Program-made: the position numbers and the translations under genes
Part shown: one piece after another, positions 9,694-19,236 of the stretch
How positions within the stretch are numbered: the first letter of the stretch is position 1
Layout of the letters: each line of letters opens with the position of its first letter
DNA from: Planctomycetes bacterium HGW-Planctomycetes-1
GTDB taxonomy: Bacteria > Planctomycetota > Phycisphaerae > Sedimentisphaerales > UBA12454
DNA length: 64,000 bases
Direction of reading: 5' to 3'
Assembly: GCA_002839495.1 (NCBI GenBank)
Contig: PGYD01000001.1
Span: 517-64,516, forward strand
The notes under the pieces: model-generated
Seen by the model: only the letters and a program-made list of their open reading frames with translations
What the model was told of the DNA's origin: nothing
The model's database searches: none

Positions 9694-10242
9694 ATGTTAA
9701 GTGCAAAAAAACTTGATAATATTATTAAAAAGACAGGCATAGGCGCAGCGGAACTGGCTGAGAAGATGGTTCGGCCGGGGATGGACAAAAAACAGGCGGT
9801 AATCGCACTGAAGAACTGGCGCAAGGGACTGGTTAGGCCAATTCCGAGAAAAGCGGATGTAGAAGCGCTGGCCGGTGCACTGGGCGTCGAAACAGTGAAA
9901 ATATCCGAATGGCATTCATTAGTAAAATACGCTCCGACCTCGCCGAGAAAAGCCGGTCTTGTTACGAAACTGATAGCTGGCAGAGAAGCTCAGGAAGCGC
10001 TCGACCTGCTTAAATTTACGCATAAAAGAGCGGCATCTATGATTGAAAAGGCATTGAAAAGCGCAGTTGCCAGCGCCGATGAAGATTCGGCAGATGTTGA
10101 AAATCTGTATGTAAGTCAGGCCCGTGTAGATGGAGCCGGAGTGCGAGTCGGCACCAAGAGATGGATAGCCAAGGACAGAGGCCGGGCGCATCGAATCAGG
10201 AAAATGGCAAGCCATATACATATAACGGTGACTGAGATATAA
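9694..10242 (+). CDS. rplV: 50S ribosomal protein L22 carrying a ~70-aa N-terminal HTH-like extension
   Basis: C-terminal ~110 aa are L22-like (KYAPTSPRKAGLVTKLIAGREAQEALDLLKF...). ATG 9694 has AAGGTGA upstream and lies 12 nt after the rpsS stop. No stop codon between the extension and the L22 core. Confidence 0.9.
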   Translation: MLSAKKLDNIIKKTGIGAAELAEKMVRPGMDKKQAVIALKNWRKGLVRPIPRKADVEALAGALGVETVKISEWHSLVKYAPTSPRKAGLVTKLIAGREAQEALDLLKFTHKRAASMIEKALKSAVASADEDSADVENLYVSQARVDGAGVRVGTKRWIAKDRGRAHRIRKMASHIHITVTEI

Positions 10243-10249
10243 ATAAAAT

Positions 10250-10349
10250 AAATTAAAAGTTAAAATTGAAAATTTAAAATTGCGGAACGGCCTTCGGCCG
10301 CTGAGATTTAGATTTTAATTTTGGGCTTTAAATTTTAAGTTTTAAGTTT
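10250..10349 (+). repeat. Long AT-rich imperfect hairpin with a GC-clamped tip between rplV and rpsC
   Basis: Tip CGGCCTTCGGCCG (10288-10300). Outer arms AAATTAAAAGTTAAAATT (10250-10267) versus AATTTTAAGTTTTAAGTTT (10331-10349) are near-complementary. Confidence 0.6.
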
Positions 10350-10360
10350 AGGGAAAAAAT

Positions 10361-11170
10361 ATGGGTCAAAAGGTACAGCCGATAGGTTTTAGGACGGGCA
10401 TAAGACTGCCGTGGCAGAGCACGTGGTTTGCGCCTAAGGCCAGCTACGGTCAGATGCTCGTCGAAGACCAGCGGGTTCGCAAATATATTGACGATAAGTT
10501 CAATAAGCAGCCGCCTTTCGCAGCGGTGTCGAAAGTGGAAATTGCAAGGACCCGTAACGAAGTGAAAGTTACGCTTCATACGGCCCGGCCGGGAATGGTA
10601 ATTGGGCCGCGCGGGGCGGAAGTTGACAAGCTGCGTCAGGACCTTGAGACGCTGATTAACAGGCAGGTCGCGATTAATGTTATAGAGATAAAAGAACCCG
10701 CACTTGACGCGAGACTTGCGGGCGAAGCGATAGCGGAACAGATGAAAAAGAGAGTTGCTTTCCGCAGGGCGATGAAACAGCAGTGCGAACTTGCTATGCA
10801 GGCCGGCGCCAAGGGAGTGAAAGTTATCTGTTCTGGCAGATTAGGCGGGGCAGAAATGGCTCGTAAGGAAACGCAAATGGAAGGCAGTATTCCGCTGCAT
10901 ACGATAGATGCCGACGTTGATTACGCGGCGGTCGATGCGAGAACGACTTATGGAATTATCGGGATTAAGGTATGGATTTATAAGGGTAAATACGGCACCA
11001 AGTTAGAGCCTAATATGAGCGTTAAAAAGACTCTTCGCCGGCCGCGGTCGGCGAGAAAGACGCCGAGGGCCGAAGCTGCTCCGTCAAGCCGAGCAGCGGC
11101 TGAATCGAAACCGCAGCAGGCGCCTGAAAACAGTTCTGCGGCGAAGACCGAGAAAAAAACTAAAGAGTAA
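10361..11170 (+). CDS. rpsC: 30S ribosomal protein S3 (with a basic/Ala-Pro-rich C-terminal tail)
   Basis: 269 aa, MGQKVQPIGFR... KH-domain region GPRGAEVDKLR. Gene order. Confidence 0.95.
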   Translation: MGQKVQPIGFRTGIRLPWQSTWFAPKASYGQMLVEDQRVRKYIDDKFNKQPPFAAVSKVEIARTRNEVKVTLHTARPGMVIGPRGAEVDKLRQDLETLINRQVAINVIEIKEPALDARLAGEAIAEQMKKRVAFRRAMKQQCELAMQAGAKGVKVICSGRLGGAEMARKETQMEGSIPLHTIDADVDYAAVDARTTYGIIGIKVWIYKGKYGTKLEPNMSVKKTLRRPRSARKTPRAEAAPSSRAAAESKPQQAPENSSAAKTEKKTKE

Positions 11171-11195
11171 TAAGATATAGAGTAAGGAAATATAA

Positions 11196-11615
11196 ATGGC
11201 ACTAATGCCGAAAAGAGTTAAATACCGTAAAAGCCAGCGCGGCAAAATGAAAGGCAACGCTACGAGGCAGAATTATGTAGCTTTCGGCGAATACGGACTG
11301 CAGGCTTTGGAGACGAGCTGGATAACCGGCAGACAAATAGAGGCGGGCAGAATTGCCGCGACGCACTTTATACACAGAGCCGGCAAGGTTTATATCAGGA
11401 TATTTCCGAGTAAGTCGATAACCAAAAAGCCGCTCGAAACGAGAATGGGAAAAGGCAAAGCGGAAGTAGAACAGTGGGTTGCCTGCGTAAAGCCGGGCAC
11501 TATTATGTTCGAAATCGGCGGTATCAGCGAAGATGTTGCGAAACGTGCTTTGGCAAGAGTAGCGCATAAAATGCCGATTAAGTGCAGATTAGTTACCAGA
11601 AGACGTTCAGCTTAA
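11196..11615 (+). CDS. rplP: 50S ribosomal protein L16
   Basis: 139 aa, [16 protein letters not shown] typical L16 N-terminus. Confidence 0.96.
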   Translation: MALMPKRVKYRKSQRGKMKGNATRQNYVAFGEYGLQALETSWITGRQIEAGRIAATHFIHRAGKVYIRIFPSKSITKKPLETRMGKGKAEVEQWVACVKPGTIMFEIGGISEDVAKRALARVAHKMPIKCRLVTRRRSA

Positions 11616-11621
11616 GGTGTA

Positions 11622-11837
11622 ATGATGAAGGTGTCCGAGATACGCGAAATGAGACCGGATGAAAGACAGATAGAGCTGGAAAAGCTCGAAAAGGCTCTGT
11701 TCAATCTCCGGACAAGGGCTGAAACCGAAAAGCTCGAAAATACACAGTTATTGAAAAATATGAAGCGTGATATTGCCCGGTTCAAGACGATTATTAATCA
11801 AAGCCGTCCGCCGAAGGCGGATAAAGTGAAGGGCTGA
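11622..11837 (+). CDS. rpmC: 50S ribosomal protein L29
   Basis: 71 aa, ...EIREM...E....L...LFNLR L29 pattern. Gene order. Confidence 0.9.
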   Translation: MMKVSEIREMRPDERQIELEKLEKALFNLRTRAETEKLENTQLLKNMKRDIARFKTIINQSRPPKADKVKG

Positions 11838-11842
11838 TATAA

Positions 11843-12112
11843 ATGGAAGGCCAAAGAAAACCAAGAAGAACGGTTCGCGGCGTAGTAATCAGCCGCAGCG
11901 GCGACAAGAGCATCAGGATAGAAATGAAGTACAGGATAAAACATCCTGTTTACGGCAAGTTTGTCCGCAGAAGCACCAAGCTCGGCGTTCACGATGAAAA
12001 GAATATAGCAGGCATCGGCGATGTTGTTGAAGTTACCGAGTGCAGACCGATAAGCAAGACCAAAAGCTGGCGTCTGGTTCAGATAGTGCAGAAGGCACAA
12101 GAGAAAGCTTAA
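11843..12112 (+). CDS. rpsQ: 30S ribosomal protein S17
   Basis: 89 aa, ...GVVIS..GDKSI.I......KHP.YGK......K..VHDE.N....GD.V.. [11 protein letters not shown] typical S17. Confidence 0.94.
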   Translation: MEGQRKPRRTVRGVVISRSGDKSIRIEMKYRIKHPVYGKFVRRSTKLGVHDEKNIAGIGDVVEVTECRPISKTKSWRLVQIVQKAQEKA

Positions 12113-12138
12113 ATTTTTGAGTATTAAAGGATAGAGCG

Positions 12139-12528
12139 TTGATACAACAGAGAACAATGATTGATATTGCCGATAATTCCGGCGCCAAACGTGCCCAGTG
12201 CGTAAATGTGCTCGGCCGAAGCGCTGCCGGTACCGGTAAATACAGACGCCCTGCAGCAGCGATAGGAGATATTATCTGTATAGCAATAAAGAAGTCTCTT
12301 CCTACCTGTCAGCTTGACAGGAAAAAAGTTCACAGGTGCGTGATAATCCGCACGAAAAGACCTATTCGCAGGCCCGACGGCAGTTATGTGAGATTCGACA
12401 GCAATGCGGCGGTGATTATAGATGCCGACGGCAATCCGATAGGGACAAGAATATTCGGCGCCGTAGCAAGAGAATTGAGAGAAAAGAATTTTATGAAGAT
12501 TGTTTCTCTGGCGAGCGAGGTTGTCTAA
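12139..12528 (+). CDS. rplN: 50S ribosomal protein L14 (TTG start)
   Basis: MIQQRTMIDIADNSGAK... typical L14. TTG at 12139 preceded by AAAGGA. Confidence 0.94.
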   Translation: MIQQRTMIDIADNSGAKRAQCVNVLGRSAAGTGKYRRPAAAIGDIICIAIKKSLPTCQLDRKKVHRCVIIRTKRPIRRPDGSYVRFDSNAAVIIDADGNPIGTRIFGAVARELREKNFMKIVSLASEVV

Positions 12529-12858
12529 ATGGCGAAACATATTAAAAAAGGCGATATGGTTGAAGTTATTGCAGGAGCCCATAAGGGAACGACCGGCAAG
12601 GTTATGAGAGTTATGCTTTCGAAGAACAGGGTAATCGTGGAAGGCGTTAACAGGCGGTATAAACATGTAAAGCCGTCGCAGAAATATCCGCAGGGCGGCA
12701 GGATTCAGATTGAACAGTCTGTACATATAAGCAATATTCTTCCGCTGAATCCGAAAACTTCGGGCGGCACGAGAGTAAGGTTTACAACCGACAAAAAGGG
12801 CGTCAAAAAAAGAGTTGCCGTTGACGGCGCTGAAATTGGTATTTTAAGAAAGGCCTGA
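12529..12858 (+). CDS. rplX: 50S ribosomal protein L24
   Basis: 109 aa, KKGD.V.VI.G..KG..GKV KOW motif. Starts at the base after the rplN stop. Confidence 0.94.
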   Translation: MAKHIKKGDMVEVIAGAHKGTTGKVMRVMLSKNRVIVEGVNRRYKHVKPSQKYPQGGRIQIEQSVHISNILPLNPKTSGGTRVRFTTDKKGVKKRVAVDGAEIGILRKA

Positions 12859-12878
12859 ACGGCAGCTTAGGAAATAAT

Positions 12879-13418
12879 ATGGCAAGGTTAAGAGATTTAT
12901 ATAAATCGAAAGTAGTTCCGGCACTGCGGGAAAAGTATAGCTATAAGAGTCCTATGGCTGTGCCGAGGATGCAGAAAGTCGTTATCGCGATGGGCATCGG
13001 CAAGGCGACGCAGGATAAGAAGTTTCTCGAAACCGCTTTGCAGGATTTGACGCTGATTGCCGGCCAAAAGCCGCTGATTTGCAAAGCCAAAAAGAGCGTC
13101 TCGAACTTCAAGGTAAGGCAGGGCGAACAGACAGGATTGAAAGTTACGCTTCGCGGACTGCGGATGTACGAATTTATGGACAGACTGATTAATCTCGCGA
13201 TACCGAGAGTAAAGGACTTTCGCGGACTGAATCCGAATAGTTTTGACGGTCGCGGCAATTATTCGATGGGTATGAGCGAACAGACCGTATTTCCCGAAAT
13301 TGACTCGGCGAAGATGGAAAACGTTCAGGGAATGGATATTACGTTTGTAACAACGGCCAAAACAAACGACGAAGCGAAAGAAATGCTGAAACTGTTTGGA
13401 ATGCCATTCAGGGAGTAA
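12879..13418 (+). CDS. rplE: 50S ribosomal protein L5
   Basis: 179 aa, ...PRMQKVVIAMGIG.A...K.......L..I.GQKP typical L5. Confidence 0.95.
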   Translation: MARLRDLYKSKVVPALREKYSYKSPMAVPRMQKVVIAMGIGKATQDKKFLETALQDLTLIAGQKPLICKAKKSVSNFKVRQGEQTGLKVTLRGLRMYEFMDRLINLAIPRVKDFRGLNPNSFDGRGNYSMGMSEQTVFPEIDSAKMENVQGMDITFVTTAKTNDEAKEMLKLFGMPFRE

Positions 13419-13421
13419 TTG

Positions 13422-13607
13422 ATGTCAACAAAAGCTCTTGTAAATAAAAGCAATAAGAAGCCCAAGTTTAAGACAAGGGCTTATACCCGCTGCCAGCTTT
13501 GCGGCAGAGCCAGAGCGGTTTACAGAAAATTCAAGATTTGCAGATTATGTCTCAGGAAACTTGCCCTCGAAGGCAAAATACCGGGCCTTAAGAAAGCAAG
13601 CTGGTAA
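13422..13607 (+). CDS. rpsN: 30S ribosomal protein S14, short zinc-binding (type Z) form
   Basis: 61 aa with CxxC...CxxC (CQLCGR...CRLC) and C-terminal KASW. ATG 13422 preferred over the TTG at 13419 in the track. Confidence 0.93.
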   Translation: MSTKALVNKSNKKPKFKTRAYTRCQLCGRARAVYRKFKICRLCLRKLALEGKIPGLKKASW

Positions 13608-13659
13608 ATAAATGAAAAGGTTAATAAACGAAATTCAGGTTTGATATAGGATTTGTCAA

Positions 13660-14058
13660 ATGCACAGCGATCCGATAGCTGATATGCTTACGAGAATAAG
13701 AAACGCCGCCAAGGCCGGCCAGAGCCGGGTTACAATTAAAGCGTCAAAAATATGTGAGGGCGTCGCCCAGGTATTGAAGCAGGAAGGCTATATAGCCGGC
13801 TTTGACAGAATTGACGATGCCTGCAAACAAGGTGTTCTGCGGGTAGAGCTTAAATACGCTATGGACGGGGCGCCTGCAATAACCGAAATCAAGAGAATAA
13901 GCAAGACAGGCAGAAGAGTTTACAGTCCCGTAGATGAACTGCCTTATATTATGAATGGTATGGGCGTAGCGATTATATCGACAAACAAGGGAATTATGAC
14001 TGATAGCCAATGCCGTAAGGAAAACGTCAGCGGCGAAATACTTTGTACGGTGAGTTAA
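13660..14058 (+). CDS. rpsH: 30S ribosomal protein S8
   Basis: 132 aa, DPIADMLTRIRNA typical S8 N-terminus. Confidence 0.95.
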   Translation: MHSDPIADMLTRIRNAAKAGQSRVTIKASKICEGVAQVLKQEGYIAGFDRIDDACKQGVLRVELKYAMDGAPAITEIKRISKTGRRVYSPVDELPYIMNGMGVAIISTNKGIMTDSQCRKENVSGEILCTVS

Positions 14059-14639
14059 TGAGCAGAATAGGTAAAAAACCAGTTATTATACCATCCGGAG
14101 TAAAAGTCGAATTTGCCGGACAAACCGTTAAAGTCAGCGGGCCCAAAGGCAATCTCGAACTTCAGCGCCATCCGGCAATTAATGTGAAGTTAGATGACAG
14201 CGGTAAAACGATTATAGTGGAAAATTCCAAGCCTGACAGCCGAAACGAAAGAGCGATGTACGGCACGACCAGAGCTCTGCTGAACAATATGGTAAAAGGC
14301 GTCAGCAAGGGATTTGAAAGGAAATTGGAAATATACGGAACAGGCTATAACGTCAAGGAACAAAGCGGCAAACTGGTTCTAACGGTCGGCTATGCGCGTC
14401 CTGCCGAGATAAAGATACCCAAAAGCGTTAAGGTATTGATAGAAGTGCCTGCGACAAAGGGTAACGATACGCCGGCGAAATTTACAGTTACCGGCTATGA
14501 CAGGCAGGAACTCGGACAGTTCGCAGCCGAGGTTAGAAAAGTAAAACCGCCCGAACCCTATCAGGGCAAAGGCATACGTTACGCCGACGAGCATGTCCGC
14601 AGAAAAGCGGGCAAGGCTTTCGCCAGCGGTGCGGCATAA
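14058..14639 (+). CDS. rplF: 50S ribosomal protein L6
   Basis: [13 protein letters not shown] typical L6 start. The ATG shares its A with the rpsH TAA (TAATG). The track start at 14043 would overlap rpsH. Confidence 0.94.
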   Translation: MSRIGKKPVIIPSGVKVEFAGQTVKVSGPKGNLELQRHPAINVKLDDSGKTIIVENSKPDSRNERAMYGTTRALLNNMVKGVSKGFERKLEIYGTGYNVKEQSGKLVLTVGYARPAEIKIPKSVKVLIEVPATKGNDTPAKFTVTGYDRQELGQFAAEVRKVKPPEPYQGKGIRYADEHVRRKAGKAFASGAA

Positions 14640-14671
14640 TAGTCCGGTTCCGGTTTTTTAGAGAAATACTT

Positions 14672-15037
14672 ATGCAGATTGACAGAATAAAAAAAGCAAG
14701 AATTAGAAGGAAACTTCGGGTTCGCAAGAAAGTGCTCGGCACGCAGGACAGACCCCGTTTGAGCGTATTTCGCTCGAATAAGCATATTTACGCCCAGATA
14801 ATAGACGATGTGGCGGCTGTAACGCTTGCCTCTGCGGGTACGAGAAGCGGTTCTGTACCGGCCGGTCTGAAAAAGACGGGAAATATTGCGGCGGCTAAAG
14901 TTGTCGGGGCCGAAATCGCCAAGCAGGCGATGCAGGTCGGAATCAAATGCGTAAAATTCGACAGAAATCGGTATCGTTATCACGGCAGAGTCAAGGCTCT
15001 CGCCGAAGCGGCCAGAGAAGCAGGGCTTGTTTTTTAA
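14672..15037 (+). CDS. rplR: 50S ribosomal protein L18
   Basis: 121 aa, ...[20 protein letters not shown] typical L18. Confidence 0.95.
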   Translation: MQIDRIKKARIRRKLRVRKKVLGTQDRPRLSVFRSNKHIYAQIIDDVAAVTLASAGTRSGSVPAGLKKTGNIAAAKVVGAEIAKQAMQVGIKCVKFDRNRYRYHGRVKALAEAAREAGLVF

Positions 15038-15061
15038 CGAGCATAATTTGGAGAGAACGAA

Positions 15062-15577
15062 TTGGCAGAAGAGTCAAGAATAATGAGCGGTCAGGACAGT
15101 CCTCTTGAAGAGGCTGTAATAAAAGTTTTCCGTTGCGCCAAGGTTGTCAAAGGCGGAAGACGATTCAGCTTTGCGGCTATGGTTGCAGTCGGCGACCGCG
15201 GCGGCAGAGTCGGTATCGGATACGGCAAGGCCAAAGAAGTGCCTATGGCTGTGAACAAGGCGATAAAAGACGCCCGAAAAAGCGTATGTCAGGTATCGCT
15301 GAACGGCCAGACCATACCGCATCAGAGCATAGGCAAATTCGGCGCAACAAAGATAATGTTAATACCGGCAAGTCCGGGAACAGGCGTTATCGCCGGTTCA
15401 AGCGCAAGAGCGGTGCTGGAACTTGTCGGGATTCACGATGTACTGACGAAAGTTTACGGCAGTACGACTACGAAAAATGTTGTTAAAGCTACAATGGACG
15501 GTTTATTAAAACTTCGCGACCCGCAGTCGATAGGACAGATTCGCGGCGTTGCTGTAGAACCGGTGAAAAGGTGGTGA
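15062..15577 (+). CDS. rpsE: 30S ribosomal protein S5 (TTG start)
   Basis: 171 aa, ...RCAKVVKGGRRFSFAAMVAVGD..G.VG.G.GKA.EV typical S5. Confidence 0.95.
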   Translation: MAEESRIMSGQDSPLEEAVIKVFRCAKVVKGGRRFSFAAMVAVGDRGGRVGIGYGKAKEVPMAVNKAIKDARKSVCQVSLNGQTIPHQSIGKFGATKIMLIPASPGTGVIAGSSARAVLELVGIHDVLTKVYGSTTTKNVVKATMDGLLKLRDPQSIGQIRGVAVEPVKRW

Positions 15578-15584
15578 TGAAGTT

Positions 15585-16031
15585 ATGCTAAGTCATGAAA
15601 TAACTTCAATAGCAGGCGGACATAAAAAACGCAAAAGAATCGCGAGAGGCATCGGCTCAGGTCACGGCAAGACCAGCGGCAGAGGCCATAAGGGAAGTCT
15701 AAGCAGAGCAGGCGCCGGCGGAAAGCTGGGCTATGAAGGCGGCTCAATGCCTCTGTTCAGAAGGCTTCCGAAACGCGGGTTCAGCAATTATAACTTTGCC
15801 TGCAGATATGAAATAGTTAATGTGTCGCAGCTCGACAAATTCGATAACGGCGCTGTAATAGATATCAAGGCGCTTTTCGAGGCGGGACTTGTAAACAGCG
15901 TCAGGAGCAGGATTAAAGTCCTCGGAGACGGTGAGCTTACCAAAAAATTACAGGTAAGCGCTCATAAATACAGCAAGTCCGCGCACGACAAGATATTGAG
16001 CTGCGGCGGAGAAGCCAAAATTGTGGCGTAA
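15585..16031 (+). CDS. rplO: 50S ribosomal protein L15
   Basis: 148 aa, ...KRIARGIGSGHGKTSGRGHKG typical L15. Follows rpsE directly (no L30 gene between). Confidence 0.95.
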   Translation: MLSHEITSIAGGHKKRKRIARGIGSGHGKTSGRGHKGSLSRAGAGGKLGYEGGSMPLFRRLPKRGFSNYNFACRYEIVNVSQLDKFDNGAVIDIKALFEAGLVNSVRSRIKVLGDGELTKKLQVSAHKYSKSAHDKILSCGGEAKIVA

Positions 16032-16051
16032 GAAATTGACAGGGAAGACAA

Positions 16052-17419
16052 ATGTTTAATGCGGCGGCAAGTATATTTAAGATTCCCGATTTGCGGAACA
16101 AGGTGCTGTTTACGATAGCGCTGCTGATAATTTACCGCGTTGGGTTTCATATTTCGGTGCCGGGCATAGACGTGCAGAGAATGACAGGCGCCGCGCAAAG
16201 GCAGGACCATGACAGTCCCGTCAGCAGGGCGCTGGAACATCTGCAAATGCTCAGCGGCGGCGAGTTCAAAAGAAGCAGTCTGTTCGGACTGGGTATTATG
16301 CCTTATATAACCAGTTCAATTATACTAATGCTGCTGGGCGAAGTTATGCCTGCCCTTAAAAAGCTCAAGGAAGAAGGTCAGACGGGTTATAAAAAGATAC
16401 AGGAATATACGCGGTATTTAACCGTGCCGATATGTCTGGTTCAGTCGATGATGTTCGTAAAATTGATGCGGCCTTACGCGTATCCCGGACTTGAGGGGGC
16501 AACGGTAATCTTCGGCGTTATCGGTATGACCGCCGGAACGATATTTCTTATGTGGCTCGGCGAACAGATTGACGAATACGGCATCGGAAACGGCATAAGC
16601 CTTTTGATTATGGCAGGTATCGTTTCGAGTATGCCCGGAACAATAGCGAGAGTATGGCAGAGTACATCTTTCACCGTAGGAGCCGGAACAGCGGCAGGAA
16701 CTTATGGCCCCGGAAAGATAATGTTCCTGATAGTGGCTTTCGTATTTGTCGTTGCAGGAGCAATCCTGATAACGCAGGGTCAAAGGCGGATACCCGTTCA
16801 GCAGGCCAAGCAGATGCGCGGAATGCGGATGTACGGCGGACAAAGACATTATCTGCCGCTGAGAATAAATCACGGCGGCGTTATGCCGATAATTTTCGCT
16901 TCGAGCTTAATGCAGTTTCCGCCGATACTTTTCGGCCAGCTTTTGAGTGTTCCGAAGTTCGCCAATTCGGCGGTATTGGGAAATATAGCTATGTCTCTTC
17001 ATCCCGGAGCATACATATATAACGTTTTGTATATTGTGCTGATAATTCTGTTTTCGTATTTCTGGACGACGGTTCAGTTCCAGCCTAAGGAAATGGCCAA
17101 GAACCTCCGTAATTCCGGCAGTTTTATACCGGGTCTTCGTCCCGGACACAGAACGGCAGAGTATCTCGAAACGGTAATGGCGAGAATTACATTTTACGGA
17201 GCGGCATTTCTGGCGATTATAGCGGTTGTGCCGACCGTTATTGCCCAGTTGCCGGGACTGGATATTGACTGGCAGGTTGCATCTTTCTTCGGCGGGACAG
17301 GCTTGCTGATTGTTGTGAGCGTATCGCTGGATTTGGTGCAGAGAGTCGAAGCGAACCTGATAATGCGAAATTACGAAGGCTTCAGCTCGAGCAGAATAAA
17401 GGGAGCCCGCGGATGGTAA
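16052..17419 (+). CDS. secY: Preprotein translocase subunit SecY
   Basis: 455 aa, multi-pass membrane protein. ...LGIMPYITSSII... and ...GGVMPIIFASS... SecY blocks. Position after rplO. Confidence 0.96.
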   Translation: MFNAAASIFKIPDLRNKVLFTIALLIIYRVGFHISVPGIDVQRMTGAAQRQDHDSPVSRALEHLQMLSGGEFKRSSLFGLGIMPYITSSIILMLLGEVMPALKKLKEEGQTGYKKIQEYTRYLTVPICLVQSMMFVKLMRPYAYPGLEGATVIFGVIGMTAGTIFLMWLGEQIDEYGIGNGISLLIMAGIVSSMPGTIARVWQSTSFTVGAGTAAGTYGPGKIMFLIVAFVFVVAGAILITQGQRRIPVQQAKQMRGMRMYGGQRHYLPLRINHGGVMPIIFASSLMQFPPILFGQLLSVPKFANSAVLGNIAMSLHPGAYIYNVLYIVLIILFSYFWTTVQFQPKEMAKNLRNSGSFIPGLRPGHRTAEYLETVMARITFYGAAFLAIIAVVPTVIAQLPGLDIDWQVASFFGGTGLLIVVSVSLDLVQRVEANLIMRNYEGFSSSRIKGARGW

Positions 17420-18066
17420 TCGTACTGCTTGGTCCGCCGGGAGCCGGTAAAGGCACGCAGTGCAAGCGGATTGTAGAAAAATATAAGCTGGTTCATTTGT
17501 CCAGCGGCGATATTTTGAGAGGTCATCGTGCCAACGGGACGGAGCTTGGCAAAAAGGCCGCGGAGTTTATGGATGCGGGCAAACTTGTGCCCGACCAGTT
17601 GATAATAGAAATGATGGCCGGCGCGATAGAGTCAGCCGGCGGCAATTGTGTGCTGGACGGTTTCCCCCGCACAGTTGTGCAGGCGGCAGAGCTTGACAAG
17701 GAACTGTCGCGAAAAGGACAGAAAATCGATGCCGTCGTCAATCTTGTTATAGATGACGGTGTAATAGAAAATAGATTAACCGGCAGGCGGAGTTGTCCGG
17801 CCTGCGGCGCTGTTTATCATATAGATACTTTAAAGTCCAAAGTCGAAGGCGTTTGCGACAAATGCGGCGGCAAGCTTGTTCAGCGGACAGACGACAAGCC
17901 GGAGGTCGTAAAGCAAAGACTCGCGACTTATCATCAGCAGACCGCTGCGGTGGTAGGTTATTACGCTGATAACGGCCGGAAGATTTTGGATATTGACGCC
18001 GAGAAGTCTGTTGACGAAGTAACATCGCTGGTGATTGATAAACTCGACAGTCTTGCGGCGGTTTGA
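17413..18066 (+). CDS. adk: Adenylate kinase (zinc-lid type)
   Basis: GPPGAGKGTQ P-loop. Lid CPACG...CDKCGG. Overlaps the secY stop by 7 nt. Confidence 0.96.
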   Translation: MVIVLLGPPGAGKGTQCKRIVEKYKLVHLSSGDILRGHRANGTELGKKAAEFMDAGKLVPDQLIIEMMAGAIESAGGNCVLDGFPRTVVQAAELDKELSRKGQKIDAVVNLVIDDGVIENRLTGRRSCPACGAVYHIDTLKSKVEGVCDKCGGKLVQRTDDKPEVVKQRLATYHQQTAAVVGYYADNGRKILDIDAEKSVDEVTSLVIDKLDSLAAV

Positions 18067-18075
18067 TAAAAGAAA

Positions 18076-18858
18076 ATGGCGATAACGTTAAGAAGTCGCA
18101 GAGAAATTGAGCTGATAAAAAAGGCCGGCGCGGTTGTTGCCGATGTTCTTTTAAAATTGAAAGAGTCCGCGACAGCAGGAATAAGCACTGCCGAGCTGAA
18201 TCGCATAGCCGAAGAGATGACAAAACGGGCCGGTGCGATAGCACTTTTTAAGGGTGTTAAAAACCCGTACGGCTATCAGGCCTTTCCGGCGGCGGTATGT
18301 ACTTCGCTTAACGAACAGGTGGTGCACGGCATACCGTCGGACAAAGTGATACTGAAGCAGGGCGATATTCTCAGTATCGATTTCGGCGTCAAGCTGTCGG
18401 GCTATTGCGGCGATGCAGCCGTAACGCTTGCGATAGGAAATATCGACGAGCGGAAACAGCGGTTAATGGATGCGACTAAAGGAATGCTCGATACGGCGAT
18501 AAAGCACAGCAGGGCAGGTGAAAAATGGAGCCGAATAGCCGGACTGATGCAGAAGGTCGCGGAATCGGCGGGTTTTTCGGTTGTTATCGATTTTGTCGGA
18601 CACGGGATAGGCACCCAGATGCATGAAGACCCGAAAGTGCCGAATTATGTCAGCCGGGAGCTTTTGCATGACGATATTCTGCTGCAGGAAGGAATGATAC
18701 TTGCCGTCGAGCCTATGGTAAATATGGGCACAAGCGAGACGGCAACGTTAAAAGACGGCTGGACGGTTGCCACGAAGGACGGCAAACCGTCGGCTCATTT
18801 TGAGCATACGATAGCGATAACGAAAACCGGCTGTGAAGTGCTGACGGAAATGATTTGA
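18076..18858 (+). CDS. map: Methionine aminopeptidase type I
   Basis: 260 aa, ...VVHGIP...GDILSIDFG...GHGIG..MHE.P.V.NY... metal-ligand blocks. Confidence 0.95.
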   Translation: MAITLRSRREIELIKKAGAVVADVLLKLKESATAGISTAELNRIAEEMTKRAGAIALFKGVKNPYGYQAFPAAVCTSLNEQVVHGIPSDKVILKQGDILSIDFGVKLSGYCGDAAVTLAIGNIDERKQRLMDATKGMLDTAIKHSRAGEKWSRIAGLMQKVAESAGFSVVIDFVGHGIGTQMHEDPKVPNYVSRELLHDDILLQEGMILAVEPMVNMGTSETATLKDGWTVATKDGKPSAHFEHTIAITKTGCEVLTEMI

Positions 18859-18868
18859 AATTTTTATT

Positions 18869-19084
18869 ATGGCAAAAAAGGATGCGATAATAGTCGAGGG
18901 CAAAATTCTTGAAGCCCTGCCGAATGCGATGTTCAGAGTCGAACTGCAGAACGGACATGCGATTATGGCGCATGTGTCCGGCAAGATGCGGATGCATTTT
19001 ATAAGGATACTTGCAGGCGATACGGTTACGGTCGAGATGTCGCCTTACGATTTGACGAAAGGAAGGATAATCTTTCGGCATTAA
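18869..19084 (+). CDS. infA: Translation initiation factor IF-1
   Basis: 71 aa, ...[21 protein letters not shown]...[34 protein letters not shown]. Confidence 0.96.
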   Translation: MAKKDAIIVEGKILEALPNAMFRVELQNGHAIMAHVSGKMRMHFIRILAGDTVTVEMSPYDLTKGRIIFRH

Positions 19085-19100
19085 CAGGACAAGGTGATTT

Positions 19101-19217
19101 ATGAAAGTAAGAAGTTCAGTAAAAAGAATATGTGAAAATTGTAAACTTATCCGTCGCAAGGGCGTCGTACGGGTGATTTGCTCGGCAGACCCTCGCCATA
19201 AACAGAGACAAGGCTGA
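19101..19217 (+). CDS. rpmJ: 50S ribosomal protein L36 (below the ORF-track length cutoff)
   Basis: My own translation gives [38 protein letters not shown], stop TGA at 19215-19217. AAGGTGA upstream. Sits between infA and rpsM as usual. Confidence 0.93.
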   Translation: MKVRSSVKRICENCKLIRRKGVVRVICSADPRHKQRQG

Positions 19218-19236
19218 TTTTTACCGGAGAATAAAT

